DNA from: an uncultured Armatimonadetes bacterium
GTDB lineage: Bacteria; Armatimonadota; Hebobacteria; Hebobacterales; Hebobacteraceae
DNA: 64,000 bases
Reading direction: 5' to 3'
Assembly: GCA_963716175.1 (NCBI GenBank)
Contig: OY970296.1
Location: 2,240,001-2,304,000, forward strand
In this document: positions 19,865-31,000 of the stretch, piece after piece
How positions within the stretch are numbered: position 1 is the first letter of the stretch
Layout of the letters: the number at the start of each line of letters is the position of its first letter
Made by a program: the position numbers and the translations under genes
The notes under the pieces: generated by a model
Database searches by the model: none
What the model was told of the DNA's origin: nothing
What the model saw: the letters and a program-made list of their open reading frames with translations, nothing else

Positions 19865-20761
19865 TCAGAGCTTCCACCTGTCTCGCTCAATCAACGGGGT
19901 CTTGAAGCTAGCTGAGATGCGCCCGGTTCTCTCGAGATGATCCAGGCAGGCGCGCACGCACCCGCGACCGACGCAGATGGCGAGATGCCGGAATCGGTCT
20001 AGCAGGAACTGATTGTAGCTTGGCTGTTCACCCTCGGATTCCGAGCCCGCCCAGAAGGGCGAGAAGCGCGGGTCGCGCCCCGCGTGCACGCGTCCACATG
20101 CCTCGGCGTCCAGGGGCGCGTGGGAGAACTCACGTCCCTCAATTGCGAATCGGACCTCCCGGCAGGTGCCGATGGCGTGGGCCTCGCACTCGTTGACGCA
20201 GGCCAGGCAACCGTCGCAGATCTGTTCCCTGGAAAGCGGGGTCGGGCAAAGCTGGGCATCCGTCAGGACCGCAAACACACGCTGCCGCGGGCCGTACTGG
20301 GGGGTCAGCAAGAGCTTCGAATGGCCCAACTCGCCCAACCCAGCCGCAACCCCGGCCACCCGCAGAGACATCATGCCATCGGGCCCTGCCGGCTGGTCAG
20401 CCCGCACCCGTCTGCCGACGTGCGACATGAAGGGATTGTGGACCGGCACGCTGGTGAAACCAGATTCCTCCAGGAGCAGGACTACCTCTCGCAGCACTCG
20501 GGGCGCGATGACCTCATTGAGGTACCAGTACGAGTCGCAATTGTACGCCTGCCAGTAGGTGCCCTCCTCCACCGCCTTGAGTGTGCCCCGCGGCTGCCGC
20601 ATGGCCACCGCCACCACCGTTTCCGTCTGGGGGAAGATGGTGTGTGGGTGCAACTCGGGTGGCGCGCCCGCGAAGCGAGAGATGGGGGCAAAGCCAACAA
20701 GGTCAGCGCCAGCGGCGGCGGCGACATTCCGCACCTCGTCGGTCAGGCTCTGCACGGTCAT
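19865..20761 (-). CDS. Epoxyqueuosine reductase (QueG)-like Fe-S protein
   Basis: GADLVGFAP, AGVAAGLGELG...LLLTPQYGPRQR...VLTDA, CDGCLACVNEC and CVGRGCVRAC. Confidence 0.8.
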   Translation of the reverse strand: MTVQSLTDEVRNVAAAAGADLVGFAPISRFAGAPPELHPHTIFPQTETVVAVAMRQPRGTLKAVEEGTYWQAYNCDSYWYLNEVIAPRVLREVVLLLEESGFTSVPVHNPFMSHVGRRVRADQPAGPDGMMSLRVAGVAAGLGELGHSKLLLTPQYGPRQRVFAVLTDAQLCPTPLSREQICDGCLACVNECEAHAIGTCREVRFAIEGREFSHAPLDAEACGRVHAGRDPRFSPFWAGSESEGEQPSYNQFLLDRFRHLAICVGRGCVRACLDHLERTGRISASFKTPLIERDRWKL

Positions 20762-20898
20762 CCGGAAGCCTCCGTGGTGAGTCTGCGTCTTCCTGGATTC
20801 TCGCGCGGCCAGGCCCAACTGTCAAAAGACCGTCTGCGTATGGTGTCCGCCATGCTATCAGAAGGAGTGCCTGCTCCTGCCGGAAAAGGGCTATGCCC

Positions 20899-21146
20899 AA
20901 CGGCCCCGGCACCCCGACTCCGGCTGCCCCCTCCACGCGGGGTCACGCTCTGGGGTTCCATCGCGCCTGGGCACAGCAGCCGCGCCACGGCGGCGATCAC
21001 CGGCAGCCCCCCAGCCGAATCCTGCGTCGCTGCCCGTCTGTATGTTCTATCCCTCGCGGAACAGAGGTGCCAGTGAGTGCCGAGAATACCACGAGAGAGG
21101 GTGTGCGAGCGTCCTGAAAGCCAGATGAGTCTCTGGACAGCGCGGG
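20899..21146 (+). repeat. Dispersed repeat, copy 4 (long form, ~250 bp)
   Basis: Hairpin core plus GCCGCGCCACGGCGGCGATCACCGGCAG, GAGAATACCACGAGA and GATGAGTCTCTGGACAGCGCGG. Confidence 0.88.
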
Positions 21147-21275
21147 CATACCGCCGCGTTGGTTGGTCTCGTCGGGCCGCACTCAGCGAGAGCGGGATGA
21201 GGTAACGGCCCTCTCCACCCTCGGGGCCTGGGCGCGCGCCCCGTGGGCAACGCGGTACAGGCTTCCGGGGGGGTA

Positions 21276-21536
21276 TCAGTAGGTACTCGTCCAGCTACTC
21301 GAGTCGGGCTCGGGCGGAGGAAGATCGCGCGGGGCAGCGACGTGGACCTGGGAAACCAACTCCGTGACGCTCCGATCCTGGTCAGGGGAGCGCCCGCCCA
21401 GATCCTTCTCTGTGGGTTCTTCTTCGAGCTCCTTGAGACGGCAGCAGCAACACAGAAGCCGACCGTCGTTCGCCTCCGCGAGCTCGTAATCGGGGACTTG
21501 CTTACCGCACTCCCAGCACTCGGTTCCGGCGCTCAT
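21276..21536 (-). CDS. Small Cys-rich (zinc-ribbon-like) hypothetical protein
   Basis: CWEC...CCCCR; GAGGAAGG SD; perfect extended -10 upstream. Confidence 0.55.
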   Translation of the reverse strand: MSAGTECWECGKQVPDYELAEANDGRLLCCCCRLKELEEEPTEKDLGGRSPDQDRSVTELVSQVHVAAPRDLPPPEPDSSSWTSTY

Positions 21537-21608
21537 GGCCCTTCCTCAAGCTGCTGGCAACACGGGTGGGAGAAGGCTGCAGTAGTGCTGCGGCGTAGGC
21601 TAGTCTGC

Positions 21609-21617
21609 ATTATACCA
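21609..21617 (-). promoter_or_regulatory. Extended -10 promoter element
   Basis: TGGTATAAT on the minus strand, about 70 bp upstream of the ORF starting at 21536. Confidence 0.55.
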
Positions 21618-21698
21618 CGGCGTGCCTGAGACTGCCACGGGCTAGGAGAAGAACTTGCCGGCGAGCCCGCTGAGGTGCATCCACGTGTCTTTCCAACT

Positions 21699-21753
21699 GC
21701 CCGTGAAGCCGGCCCCGGCCACCCCCTCGGCTGGAGTCACTGTCCGGGGTTCT
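21699..21753 (+). repeat. Dispersed hairpin repeat, copy 5 (internally deleted)
   Basis: GCCCGTGAAGCCGGCCCCGGCC-ACCCCCTCGGCTGGAGTCACTGTCCGGGGTT; lacks the GACTCCGGCT arm. Confidence 0.8.
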
Positions 21754-22921
21754 AGGACTGCACGCGCTCCGTAATCCGCAGCACGCGATCGAAGCTCCCC
21801 TCCGCCGGCATGGTGTCGGCGATCCCGAGGATCAGGCGGGTGCAGCCGCGCGCCAGGGAGACGGCCTCGTCGACGAGGCGCTCGAAGTCGGCCTCGCTCA
21901 TCGCGCCCTCTATCATGGCAACAGAGGGGATTCCGCCCCAGATGGTGGTGCCGGGGAGTTCGCCGATCAACCGTGAGAGCGAGAGCTTCGTCATCGGCGC
22001 CGGGCAGAGCGAATCGGCGATGTCGAAGCCGGCGCGGCGGTAAAGCGGTAGCAGGCCCGCGTTCTCCCCGTCGGTGTGGGTGAGCAAGAGCCTGCCGTGT
22101 GCGTGGGCGAGGTCCGCCGCCTTTCGGAGCCATGGCAGAATGTGCCTCTCGAAAAACGGCGGATAGGTGATGGTGTCGTCGTAGTTGCCGCCCCAGAAGA
22201 TGATCTCCGAGGGGCTCGCCACCAGCGCCTGCAGGGTGGCGTCGAACCAGGGCGACATGCTTTCCGCCAACACGCTCATCTCGTCAGGCCGGTCGTGCAG
22301 CTCCAAGAAGAAATCCGTCATGGGGATCAGATCGCGCATGATCTGGTGCATTGGCGAAGCCGCGCCGTTGCCGAATGCCACCGCGACCCCGTCCTCTCCA
22401 ACCCAGTCGCGCCAGGCGCGGTAGCCCGCGTCGGCCAGCGCCGTCTCTAGGTTCTCGAAGATGTACCTCAGTACTCGATAGTCGTCGGGCCTCTTCAGGA
22501 CGTGTTCATCCACCCAGGCGATCGTGACACCGGACCGTTTCATCTCGTCGGTGTAGGTGAAACGGCAGGTCACGTCGCCCACGGGTGTGTGATAGGTCAC
22601 GCGGGTGGCGCCGCCGTCGCGGTGGACCTCGCGCTCGACATTGTACATACGCGTCTCGAAGGGCATTTCCGTGAGCCGGTAGATGCCCAGGCCGCGGTCA
22701 ACGACATCCTCGGGCCAATCTCCCAGGAAGTTCGGCACCACCGCGTGATAGCCGACGCCAAGCGACCTCGTGATCTCCCGCAGAGATAGGCCGCGATAGG
22801 CCTGCGGCAGAGTGCCTGACCGGGACCGCGCGTTGTACCAGAGATCGAGCCGCGGCACCCAGAGAACGCGATCAGAAGGCTGGCCGCGGCAGGCGGCGAG
22901 GATTCGCTGCCTATGGGTCAT
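21752..22921 (-). CDS. Uroporphyrinogen decarboxylase / MtaA-CmuA family protein
   Basis: MTHRQRILAACRGQPSDRV, TYHTPVG, PPFFERHILP, HTDGE, IWGGIPS, ILGIADTMP. Confidence 0.85.
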   Translation of the reverse strand: MTHRQRILAACRGQPSDRVLWVPRLDLWYNARSRSGTLPQAYRGLSLREITRSLGVGYHAVVPNFLGDWPEDVVDRGLGIYRLTEMPFETRMYNVEREVHRDGGATRVTYHTPVGDVTCRFTYTDEMKRSGVTIAWVDEHVLKRPDDYRVLRYIFENLETALADAGYRAWRDWVGEDGVAVAFGNGAASPMHQIMRDLIPMTDFFLELHDRPDEMSVLAESMSPWFDATLQALVASPSEIIFWGGNYDDTITYPPFFERHILPWLRKAADLAHAHGRLLLTHTDGENAGLLPLYRRAGFDIADSLCPAPMTKLSLSRLIGELPGTTIWGGIPSVAMIEGAMSEADFERLVDEAVSLARGCTRLILGIADTMPAEGSFDRVLRITERVQS

Positions 22922-22970
22922 GCTGTCTGCTTCGTTCTCCTGGGCGCGCCTGCCTGCCGAACCCTCCTGG

Positions 22971-23233
22971 GCGACGGCCCCGGCCATCCCCCGACTCCGG
23001 CTACCGCCTCAGTTTGGAGTCAACGCTCGGGGTTCAGTCGCGTGTGGGATGTGACCAGCCGGGGCACAATAGGGGCCGGAGCGCTCGAGGCCCTACCCGG
23101 TCCAGTCCGGGATCGACATCCTCGCCTATCCTCTGTGCCTCCCGGAACAGGGGTATCAGTGGATGCAGAGAATACCACGACTGAGGCTGCAGGTGGCGTC
23201 CTGGGAGCCGGATGAGTTGCTGGACGGCGCGGG
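22971..23233 (+). repeat. Dispersed repeat, copy 6 (long form)
   Basis: GCGACGGCCCCGG...GACTCCGGCTACC...TGGAGTC...CGGGGTTCAGTCGC plus GAGAATACCACGA and GCCGGATGAGTTGCTGGAC. Confidence 0.88.
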
Positions 23234-23478
23234 ACGCGCATGGCGGCGAGATCATCGTCGATAGCACCGCGGACGTGGGCACGAGATTCCGCATCAGATT
23301 GCCTCTGTCTCGGCCCGCGCGCTGACGTTCCCAGCGGGCGCGAACAGCTAGCGGACGCTCGCGAAGACAGAATCTGGCTGCAGCATGCAGAAGCTACTGC
23401 CTGGAAGGTTCGATGCCGGGCTTGGTCACCTACCGTTCGTGGTTAGGTGCAGGGCTAGACTCAGTAGGAGGGCTCCAA

Positions 23479-23925
23479 ATGCTCAAGGACTTCAAGGAGT
23501 TTGCGCTACGGGGAAGCGTCGTTGACATGGCCGTCGGGATCATTGTTGGCGCGGCTTTCGGCGTGATCATCAAGTCCTTGGTCTCGGACATCATCATGCC
23601 GCCCATCGGCCTGCTCTTGGGTAAGGTCGACTTCACCAACCTCTTCGTGGTCCTCAAGGCCGGCAAGGAGGCGGGACCCTACCTGTCGTTGGCTGACGCC
23701 CAAAGAGTTGGCGCGGTCACCCTGAACTACGGGGCCTTCATCAACACCATCATCAGTTTCGTCATCATTGCCTTTGCGGTCTTTCTGCTGATACGACAGG
23801 TGAACAGACTCAAGCGGGAAGCGGCGCCTGCGCCGGCTACCAAGGAGTGCCCATACTGCTTCTCCTCAGTCGCACTCAAGGCCACCCGCTGCCCACACTG
23901 CACCTCTGAGCTGCGTTCTGCCTAG
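23479..23925 (+). CDS. mscL: Large-conductance mechanosensitive channel with C-terminal zinc ribbon
   Basis: [27 protein letters not shown]...DIIMPPIG...NYGAFI; CPYC...CPHC tail; AGGAGG SD. Confidence 0.96.
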   Translation: MLKDFKEFALRGSVVDMAVGIIVGAAFGVIIKSLVSDIIMPPIGLLLGKVDFTNLFVVLKAGKEAGPYLSLADAQRVGAVTLNYGAFINTIISFVIIAFAVFLLIRQVNRLKREAAPAPATKECPYCFSSVALKATRCPHCTSELRSA

Positions 23926-24135
23926 AGAGGGACAGGTGTCAGTGGGCCGAGCAGGGCCGCAGTCAGGAGTGGCCCTGCCGCCTGTCAACTGAGGTGAATG
24001 GGATATTCGCCGCTCGGGCTGGTTCGGGGATCATCAGGCTGAGTTAGCCGGCGGCCGAGTGGCGAGGATTCTGTCGCCGTGAAGACGGCCGGGTTCTGTG
24101 AGTCCGGGCATACGGCTGCGAAAGGAGGTTCACCG

Positions 24136-24879
24136 ATGTCTAGGCGTGTGCAGAGAGTAGTCCTTGGCAGCGTCTTGCTACTGGCGCTGCTCGGAGTCGC
24201 TGCGGTGTTCGCGGCTCCCCCGGTATCGTTCGGTTCAGCCACGCGTGATGGGCGCCGGGTAGGCGAGGTGGTGATTGGGAACAGCGCGGTCATCGTGCTC
24301 CGTACCACCGAGTCCGGCCGCTCTCCTCTGGAGCGCGCGGAGATCGTGGCCAACAGATTGCGGGCTGCATTGGCTGCCGAGGCCAAGCCGGAACAGGTGC
24401 AGGTACGCTCGGTTCGTTCCACGCCCACAGTGTACGTAAGCGACATGCCCATCGTCCCGGTGAGCAAACAGGAGGCGAAGGCGAACCGCGCAACGCCGGC
24501 CGGCCTGGCGAAGCGCTGGCGTGACAACCTAGTTCTCGCCCTGGGAGGAAAAGCGGGAGAGAAGGCGGCGCCGACAGCTACCCCGCCCGCTCCAGTGAGC
24601 GTGCAGACCGCGGCAACGGACTGGAATTCGACCGCTCAGAAGTGGGTGCCGATCTTCAGCTTGGAGAGCGAGGGGGTCTACCTGGGGGCCGCACAAGTGG
24701 CAGGGCCCAAGTCACAAGTCGAGAAGGTGAAGGGCGTAGCTGAGCTCAGGCTGAACGTCGAGGGATTCGCCCGAGTGTACGCTTATGTCCCGGTCTCCAC
24801 CATCAGCGTGAGCAAGCTGTCGCGAGTGCAGGGCGTCAGCGTATGGGCGGTGGGCGATCTCGCCCTGGCGAAGTTCTGA
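24136..24879 (+). CDS. Secreted hypothetical protein
   Basis: AAAGGAGG SD, signal peptide; C-terminal domain paralogous to the next gene (KWVPIFSL...YLGAAQVAGP). Confidence 0.75.
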   Translation: MSRRVQRVVLGSVLLLALLGVAAVFAAPPVSFGSATRDGRRVGEVVIGNSAVIVLRTTESGRSPLERAEIVANRLRAALAAEAKPEQVQVRSVRSTPTVYVSDMPIVPVSKQEAKANRATPAGLAKRWRDNLVLALGGKAGEKAAPTATPPAPVSVQTAATDWNSTAQKWVPIFSLESEGVYLGAAQVAGPKSQVEKVKGVAELRLNVEGFARVYAYVPVSTISVSKLSRVQGVSVWAVGDLALAKF

Positions 24880-24898
24880 GGCATACGGGGAGACAGAA

Positions 24899-25330
24899 AT
24901 GGGAATACATCGCGTCATTGCTATCGCGCTCTTGCTCTGTCTGGTCCTGGGCATGGCTACCGTGGCGGCGGCCAAGCTCGACCTGGGAGGCCTGCTGAAG
25001 ATCGGCGGGATCGCCTTCCTGGTGACCCAGTATGGGGACAAGATCAACAGCGTCATAGATGGAGCCCTCGGCGAACGAGAGGCCGCGGCGAAGGGCGCGA
25101 CCAAGGTGGTGCCTATCCTCTCCCTGGGAGGAGGCGGCTACATCGGCGCCGCCCAAGTCGTGGGGAGCCCGGAGAGCGTGAGCCGGGTGAAGGCGGTGTT
25201 CCAGGTAGAGGGCCGCATCGGCAGCTTCCGACCCCGCATCTTCATCCCGACCTATGTCGAGAAAGCGGCTGGCACCCCGGAGCGGGCGAAAGGCGTGGGC
25301 ATCTCGGCCGTGATCGAGTTCAAGATCTGA
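24899..25330 (+). CDS. Secreted hypothetical protein
   Basis: Signal peptide; KVVPILSL...YIGAAQVVGS motif. Confidence 0.75.
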   Translation: MGIHRVIAIALLLCLVLGMATVAAAKLDLGGLLKIGGIAFLVTQYGDKINSVIDGALGEREAAAKGATKVVPILSLGGGGYIGAAQVVGSPESVSRVKAVFQVEGRIGSFRPRIFIPTYVEKAAGTPERAKGVGISAVIEFKI

Positions 25331-25587
25331 GACGCCGCCGGAAGTATCCGTTGTGGAAATGGTGCCGGCATGCGCGGCGCCGCGTCTGGTGAGGTCGCCG
25401 CGCGTGGCTTCACGCGCCCATCATCATCCGTCCTGTCCAGGGGCTCGTCGGTCTGACCCGCAGGCGCCGGGGGGCGGCAGAGCGGCGGTCAGCGCCGACA
25501 CTTCGTGGGGGCTCGTTCTAGGGCAAGGCGAAACGGGATAACATGCCGCCTGGAAAGACCCTGACAGTCGGCGCAGGAGGCAAGACA

Positions 25588-26313
25588 ATGCGATGGGTGT
25601 GGTTTGTGCTGGTGATGCTCGCCAGCCTGGCGGCGGGCTGCGACAACCCGGTGCAGATCGATCGTGATACCGAGATCGCCATCGGTCGCCAAGGCGCGGC
25701 CGACCTCGAGAAGCAGTACGGCCTGGTCGGGAACTCGGCCATGCAGCAGCGGCTAGATGGGATCGGGAGGCGACTCGCTTCCGTCTCGGCTGAACCCTCG
25801 TTCCCCTGGACCTTCAGGATCCTCAACTCGAAGGAGGTTAATGCGGTCTGCCTGCCTGGCGGGTTCGTCTACGTCTTCAGGGGCATGATGGAGTACGTGA
25901 AGAGCGACGACGAGCTCGCGGGCGTGGTCGGTCACGAGGTCGTACACGCAGACCACCACCATTCGAAGGCGGCTATCGAGAAGGCGATGACGGCGGGCCT
26001 ATTGGTCGAGCTGGTCACCCAGAAGAGCTCCGCCTCAATCCAGCAGGCCGCCAAGATCGCTCTCAATCTGGAGATGCAGCAGGGATACCGGGAGAAGGAG
26101 TACGAGGCCGACCATTTCGGAACGGGGTATGCCTTCCGGGCAGGCTACCGGGCCAGCGGCCTGCGAAGCCTGCTGGAGTACCTCTACAAAAAGGAGGGCG
26201 ACCCGGCGCGGATCACCTGGCTGCTCCAGAGCCACCCTCCGCTGGTCAAACGCATCGAACGCCTCGACCAGTATGTCCCGACGCTCACCGGGAAACCGCT
26301 CGCGGAGAGCTGA
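25588..26313 (+). CDS. M48 family metalloprotease lipoprotein
   Basis: Lipobox LAAGC; VNAVCLPGG, ELAGVVGHEVVH, EYEAD, SHPP. Confidence 0.92.
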   Translation: MRWVWFVLVMLASLAAGCDNPVQIDRDTEIAIGRQGAADLEKQYGLVGNSAMQQRLDGIGRRLASVSAEPSFPWTFRILNSKEVNAVCLPGGFVYVFRGMMEYVKSDDELAGVVGHEVVHADHHHSKAAIEKAMTAGLLVELVTQKSSASIQQAAKIALNLEMQQGYREKEYEADHFGTGYAFRAGYRASGLRSLLEYLYKKEGDPARITWLLQSHPPLVKRIERLDQYVPTLTGKPLAES

Positions 26314-26649
26314 CCACGTAACAGTTTATTTTTGGTGAGAGTGATTCTGCGGGGCAGTGGCAGGAATCAGGGCACAGGGGTGGGGAGCAGCAGTTCCTGG
26401 CAGCTGCTCAGGAGCGGCTTGCCTTGCGCAATCCGCGTGCTCAAGAGACTCATCGGCCCCATCTCGGTATCGGATCCTTTGTGGGAGCGCGTGCCCCCTG
26501 ATCTTGCGCGTTATCACCGTCGGTGGGTGGAAGAGTGCGCTGGCCGAGCGAACGCTCAGGGCATGATTGGCCAGGGAGTACGCAGGGAACCGACTCCAAC
26601 GCACCCTTCTTGACGGTCTTCCGGGCCGCTAGCCGGAGCCTGCTAACCG

Positions 26650-27315
26650 CTACAGGAGATCCTGGCGCCCCACGGCGTCGGGCAAGTCAGCCGCGAAGAA
26701 CGGGCTATGGCGGATAGTCTCGCCCAGGATGACAATGGGGTGAGTGCGAAGGGCAGCGGCAATAAGCGAAGATGGGAAAAGGCGGCGATCATATTGGCAG
26801 ACTGCGACCACAGGAGCACCCGCGGCATGCCGGGTGACCTCCTCTTCATAGGTCTCCCATAGCGCAGTGTCTACGGGCCTGTCGCGAAGAAACGAAGCCT
26901 CGCCAGCAACTCGCATGGCAGTCCAGCCGGCGCGCCGGCCGTCTTCGAGCAAGGCTAGCCCGAGCTGGAGAGTCCGGCTGGGGTCGAAGAGCCCGTTCTG
27001 GAGATAGAACTCAATGTCTGAGACAATGATCAGCTGACCAGAGGCCTCCAGCGTCGGAAGGTCACCCCCGGCATGGGCGAGGGCTTGCCGGAACCTGGAG
27101 GCACCGGCAGGCGCGGATATCCAGACGCAACGCTGTTCCGCGCGCAGTCCGTGGGTTACAAAGGGCAGCATCACTGCCATCTGCTGATCGGGGTGGTCGA
27201 AGACGGCACAGATGTGATCGCCCCAGGAGAAGTTGAAGTCGCCATACCCGAACGCCGTCGGGTCGGCAGCTCTGCACGGTCCCGCTCGGGTGGCTGCCGT
27301 GAGTGCACTCTCCAT
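26650..27315 (-). CDS. Stand-alone MEDS domain protein
   Basis: GDHICAVF, PFVTHGL, FYLQNGLFD, MRVAGE, VCQYDRRLF, LRTHP. Confidence 0.88.
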   Translation of the reverse strand: MESALTAATRAGPCRAADPTAFGYGDFNFSWGDHICAVFDHPDQQMAVMLPFVTHGLRAEQRCVWISAPAGASRFRQALAHAGGDLPTLEASGQLIIVSDIEFYLQNGLFDPSRTLQLGLALLEDGRRAGWTAMRVAGEASFLRDRPVDTALWETYEEEVTRHAAGAPVVAVCQYDRRLFPSSLIAAALRTHPIVILGETIRHSPFFAADLPDAVGRQDLL

Positions 27316-27667
27316 CCTTGAGTCCTCCTCTTCGAAGGCTTCTCTGGCCCTCACGTTCCGGACCCGCCCTTGCACCCGCAGACACCACATGCACTCTTTG
27401 GTATGCCCAGACTCACCTGTTCCGAAACACTGCTTACCTCCTATCCGGGCAGCTTTCGGTAAGCTCCGACGTCCAATCGCACAATCCCGGATCGCCCGCG
27501 GGCATGAGCGCCTGGCCGAGGATGCAACCGCACTCTGCGTTTCGCGCGGCTGTGCCCAGCATGGCTTCATTGCCAAGGAGCCAGCTTGCTCTGTTACTCG
27601 CCAATGAACACTCCTTGAAGCTCGGCGCGGTGGTGACGGCCATGGTCGTGCGCCATGCCATAGATGG

Positions 27668-27923
27668 CCGACGGCCCCGGGCACCCCCGACTCCGGCTAC
27701 CCGCTCGGCTTGGAGTCACTGGCTGGGGGTGTGTCGCGTACGGCGGCGGGAGCCGCGCCACGGCGGCAATGACCGGCAGGCGCACCCAGTCGAATCCCCG
27801 CTCGGTGTTCTCGTTCATCCTCGCTGATCTCCCAGAACAGGGGTATGCACGGAGGCAGAGAATACCACGAGACGAGCAGGAGGGGCGGCCCGGGAGGCAG
27901 ATGAGTTTTCGAACAGCACGGGC
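27668..27923 (+). repeat. Dispersed repeat, copy 7 (long form)
   Basis: Close match to copy 9 over the first ~120 bp; GAGAATACCACGAGA and GGCAGATGAGTTTTCGAACAGCACG. Confidence 0.9.
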
Positions 27924-28050
27924 AACGAAGAAGCGACGGCTAAGAGGTGCGAGAGAATACGCCCATCCTTGCACTACGGTTGGGATGCAATCCGCGGACA
28001 CTGCGCCTTACTGCTGTCTTGGTGTGACTTCGCACGGCGGTTCCAGTGCC

Positions 28051-31000
28051 GTGCAGCAGAGGAGTCTGGCAGTGGGTTTCCTGCGCTTCGCGGTGACAGT
28101 AGTGATGGCGGTGACGGCAAGCACCCTCGTACTCGCGGAGCCGATCATCGAGACCTGGCGGAGTTCCTTCGGCGAGTGCCGGTCCGTCGCCGTCGATCCA
28201 GAAGATGGCTCAGTGTGGGTGGCAGCCGGGGCGAGCGTCGTTCATCTCTCGCGCGAGGGGACAATCCTCGCACTGGGCAGGGGATTCGGCTTTCCTTCCT
28301 CTGTATCGCTGAACGCGAGCGACGGATCGTGCTGGGTGGCGGATGCGGGCACCGGCGAGGTCGTGCACCTCTCAGCGGATGGACTCGAGCTCTGGCGGGG
28401 GGGAGGCTTCGGGGGGCCGGAATCTGTCTCAGTGAACGCCGCGGACGGTTCCTGCTGGATCGCCGACACCGCGCTTCACCGTGTGGTCCACTTATCCTCG
28501 ACGGGCGGGGTGCTCTGGGAGGGAGGTGACCTCTACTATCCAGCGTCAGTGTCCGTGAGCCCGGATGATGGCTCTTGCTGGGTGGCAGACACAGGTCACG
28601 ATTCCGTGGTGCGCCTGGCGGCCGATGGTTCAGAGGTGTGGCGGGGGACGAGCTTCCGAGGACCCAGGAGTGTCGCGGCGGGGGCTAACGACGGTTCGTG
28701 TTGGGTGTCGGACACAGCCCACCATCAGGTCGTCCGACTTGCTGCCTCCGGGGCCGAAGCGTGCCGCGTTGGTGGATTCGATTATCCCGAGTCTGTCTCT
28801 GCTCGCGCGGATGATGGCTCCTGCTGGGTCGCGGATACCCAGAATCACCAGGTGGTCCACCTGTCGGCTGCTGGTGTGGAGCTGTTCCGGGGAGGGCGCT
28901 TCGAGTATCCGCAGTCGGTGGCCGTGGCGGAGGACGGTGGCTCGTGCTGGGTCGCGGATTCGTCTCCTGACCAACTGGTGCACCTAGCCGCGGACGGGAC
29001 CGAACAGTGGCGCGGAGGCGGCATCGGATATCCTTGCTGCGTGTCCGCCGACCTCGTTGATGGCTCCTGCTGGGTCGCCGACGCCTCCGGCAAACAGGTT
29101 GCCCACTTCGCTGATGACGGAACGGAGCTTGGGCGGGGAGGAGGGATCCAATACCCGCACAGTGTCTCCGCAGACGCTCGCGATGCGTCGTGCTGGGTCG
29201 CCGATACGTGGGGTCACCAGGTGGTACACCTCGCGGCGGACGGAGCAGAGCTGTGGCGAGGAGGCGTCTTCTCCTACCCCTATGGTGTGTCCGTGAATGC
29301 CACCGACGGGTCGTGTTGGGTTGCAGACACCGGACACGACGAGGTGGCGCACCTGAGCGCGACGGGGGCAGAGCTCTGGCGGGGCGGAGGCTTCAGCGCT
29401 CCCCGCTCGGTATCTACCAACGCGGTTGACGGGTCCTGCTGGGTTGCAGACACCGGGCACGACGAGGTGGCGCACCTGAGCGCGACGGGGGTAGAGCTAT
29501 GGCGGGATGGAGGCTTCAGCGCTCCCCGCTCGGTATCTGCCAACGCGGGTGACGGGTCCTGCTGGGTTGCGGACACCGGGCACGACGAGGTGGCGCACCT
29601 GAGCGCGACGGGGGCAGAGCTCTGGCGGGGCGGAGGCTTCGGTTGCCCTTACTCAGTTGCTGTCAACGCCACTAATGGGAGCTGCTGGATCGCGAGCACA
29701 GATGATAACCTGGTTGCGCTGGTCGACCTGGATGGGCAGGAGCAGTGGCGAGGAGGGTACTTCTCCCGACCGTGGGCTGTGTCGGCGAGCGCGCTAGATA
29801 GCGCTTGTTGGGTAGCCGACACTGGTGACCGCCAAGTGGTCCGCATCCAGGTCGCCGCGAAGAGGTTCGCTGATGTGACAGTGGACCATTGGGCCTACTG
29901 CGAGGTCGAGGCCTGCTACAGTGCTGACATAGTACGCGGCTATGGTGACGGCACCTATGGTCCGGACGGCACTGTGACGCGGGACCAGATGGCAGTGTAC
30001 ATCGCGCGGGCGCTAGCCAGCGGCGAGGAGAATGTGCCAGACCCCGACTGTTCGGTTGCGCCCTTCACCGATGTGCCTTGCGACCACTGGGCGAGGAAGC
30101 ACATCGCCTACTGTGTCGATCAGGGCGTCGTGCAGGGCTATCAGGAGGGCGACTACAGGCCGGGCATGGCGGTAACGCGGGATCAGATGGCCGTGTACAT
30201 GGCCCGGGCGATGGTGGCGCCAACTGGCGAGGCCGCGCTCACCGACTACGTCCCCTCTAACCCGCGCAATTTCCCTGACGTCGCGTCGAGCTTCTGGTCC
30301 TACCGCCATATCGAATACTGCGTCGAGAACGGTGTTGTGAAGGGCTACGAGGATGGCCTCTATCACCCCGAGTGGACTGTCACGCGGGATCAGATGGCCG
30401 TCTATGTCGCGCGGTCGTTCCATCTCGCGATGCCGCTTCGCCTCCTCTCCAGGCCCTTTGAGCCTGTGTCCTTGCTCGGGCCATACCCGGACCAGACAGC
30501 GCTTGCGGGCCCTGCCTTCCACGGGCGGGTGCCGATAGCTGCGAGAAACCGAGGCCAGGTCGAGTGGACATTGGTGGGAGCTCCTGCGGGAATGACGGCG
30601 GATTCCCGTACCGGCCGGCCAGCCTGGGAGAACCCGGCCGAAGGGCTCTACACCATTGTGCTGCGCGCAACTGCGGGAGCTGAATCTGCGGAGGTGACGT
30701 GGCACCTTCGGGTTGTAGCCAACGACTTCCCTGACCCGCGCGTATACTCCACGCGCCACATAGACTTCGTAGCTCCCCGGGACTACACTGACTGGATGTC
30801 CCGGTGGGAGGTTTCTGCCTACGTAGACACATGGTGGGAGTGGATGCAGGACATCGTGGGCCGGGACCCAACGACCTGCAAGCAGGTCGTCAGGTACGAT
30901 CCCGACGCGGGTGGTGGAGCCCACTCCTGCAACCCGGTCGAGGCGGGACCGGGCTGGTGGAGCACAGATCCCATCGATGGCTGGAGCATGGGGGTCTGGG

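Noticed and set aside
27664-28050. N-terminal extension of the 1469-aa ORF, and similar extensions at 22922-22987 and 57855-58067
   Set aside because: These are read-through translations of the dispersed repeat; downstream starts fit the protein families better.
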